Notes under the pieces: model-generated | Told to the model about the DNA's origin: nothing | The model's database searches: none | The model's input: only the letters and a program-made list of their open reading frames with translations | In this document: positions 57,560 to 58,554 of the stretch, one piece after another | Layout of the letters: each line of letters opens with the position of its first letter | Position numbering within the stretch: position 1 is the stretch's first letter | From: an uncultured Candidatus Saccharibacteria bacterium | GTDB lineage: Bacteria > Patescibacteriota > Minisyncoccia > Sungbacterales > HO2-52-23 | DNA length: 58,554 bases | NCBI GenBank assembly: GCA_964585475.1 | Contig: CAZPDF010000007.1 | Span: 1-58,554 of the forward strand | Reading direction: 5' to 3' | Made by a program: the position numbers and the translations under genes

Positions 57560-57800
57560 TAAAGATATGGCGGGAACCAAAAACCACGCATTTCTGCGTG
57601 GTTCCGGGGGTCTAAACCTAGTGCTTATACCCAGCTTTATCACCTATTATAAGTATATTCCTTATTTAAAATCCTGTCAATAGCATAGCACAATTTTGAA
57701 GCGGTGGAGGTGCGGGGATTTGCACCCCGTAGACCCTGGGTGATAAAGCCGGATCCGGCACTAAGCCACCCCCACCGCAGGTTCACAGTAACAAAAAGCC

Positions 57801-58554
57801 ATGAAAATTAAAAATTGCAAATTGAAAATTATACTGCTGGTATTTGCCTTTTGCATTTTAGGGCAAACTAATTTTGCCCAGGCCGGAGCCGTGATAAACA
57901 AGGCACCCGTTTCTCTCGGCCTGATTTCCGGCCTTGTCGGCTACTGGACTTTTGACGGCCCGGATGTGGCAGGAGTGCTTGCGTATGATCGCTCTTCAAG
58001 TTACGCCACCGGAACGCTCACGAACGGACCGAGGCGAGTTGTCGGCAGAATCGGACAGGCGCTGGAGTTTAGCGGTGCAAATGCTTGTGTAAATATTGGC
58101 CAGCAGTCTTCCCTTATGTCCCTAACGTCCCCAATTTCTTTTTCGTTATGGATTAGACCGAATAGCCTCTCCAGTAGTGGGAAGATACTTAATTTATTTC
58201 CAAACGACAGTAATTACAAGGAGAATGTTCTCATCACTAGTAATTTATTATATATGGGAGGACCAACCAATAAAGATGTGGTGAATCTTGCAGCGTCCGG
58301 CAACCCAATTTCGAGGGGAGAGTGGAACCATATAGCGTACACACGCGACGATTCTAGCAGGAGTGTATACATTAATGGGGTAAGATACGCAACCACCACC
58401 CCAGACTTTTTTGCAGGATCTAGCGGTTTCTATATTGGCGCTGGAGGTTCAACCTGTACCGACAGTCCATATGCTGGTTCCATCGACGACGTCCGCATAT
58501 ACAACCGCGCCCTCTCCGCCGATGAAATCAAACGGCTCTACAAAAGATCGGAAG
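57801..58554 (+). CDS. LamG-domain secreted protein (5' part; runs off the window)
   Basis: Absent from the ORF track because no stop is reached. MKIKNCKLKIILLVFAF..AGAVINKAPVSLGLISGLVGYWTFDG...[22 protein letters not shown]. Open to the window end. Confidence 0.75.
   Translation, partial: MKIKNCKLKIILLVFAFCILGQTNFAQAGAVINKAPVSLGLISGLVGYWTFDGPDVAGVLAYDRSSSYATGTLTNGPRRVVGRIGQALEFSGANACVNIGQQSSLMSLTSPISFSLWIRPNSLSSSGKILNLFPNDSNYKENVLITSNLLYMGGPTNKDVVNLAASGNPISRGEWNHIAYTRDDSSRSVYINGVRYATTTPDFFAGSSGFYIGAGGSTCTDSPYAGSIDDVRIYNRALSADEIKRLYKRSE

Noticed and set aside
57701-57778. A tRNA gene, suggested by the 7-bp GCGGTGG/CCACCGC acceptor-like stem and a D-arm-like hairpin.
   Set aside because: No 5-bp/7-nt anticodon arm and no T arm with a TTCGA loop can be drawn. 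The internal spacing does not fit a cloverleaf.
55914-57800. A group I or group II intron carrying a GIY-YIG homing endonuclease.
   Set aside because: I could not recognise any conserved intron core elements. The region resolves into many separate hairpins with their own inverted termini, several of them nested, and similar units occur at an unrelated site (39288). An intron is not strictly excluded without a covariance-model scan.
51349-58554. A diversity-generating retroelement, suggested by Avd-like genes next to lectin-fold surface proteins.
   Set aside because: There is no reverse-transcriptase ORF in the window. The only long DNA repeat between LamG genes (52002-52137 vs 57936-58071) differs at a single T/A position rather than showing adenine-specific template/variable repeat divergence. 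A DGR elsewhere in the genome cannot be excluded.

Overview
The window looks like a small, streamlined genome of the Patescibacteria/CPR (Parcubacteria-like) type. This placement is inferred from gene content and repeat style, not from a search. Housekeeping genes recognisable by motif are argS, ileS, infC-rpmI-rplT, smpB plus tmRNA, tRNA-Arg(CCG), polX, an F1-type ATPase operon, a P-type ATPase, a ZIP transporter, Nudix and MGMT. They are interspersed with many secreted or membrane hypothetical proteins. The right third is a surface-protein locus: a 2339-aa tail-fibre-like/LVIVD giant protein, LamG-repeat proteins and three Avd-like four-helix-bundle genes.

Main second-look items:
1. 55.9-57.8 kb: a nest of hairpin elements with CCCCGTTAG/CTAACGGGG termini. 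One pair of termini brackets a small GIY-YIG gene. The elements are inserted into repeated 5' ends of LamG genes.
2. 37.1-44.3 kb: an atpFHAGDC-like operon with no atpB or atpE. It starts instead with an HTH/TM protein whose C-terminus resembles a c-subunit hairpin but lacks the carboxylate. That protein also shares a domain with the giant protein encoded just downstream.
3. Palindromic repeats inserted in frame into argS, ileS and the giant gene.
4. A histidine-phosphatase domain inserted into IleRS, and a degenerate HIGH motif in ArgRS.
5. A GC-rich islet of five small ORFs next to the tRNA.

All calls were made by eye from motifs. No database search was run.
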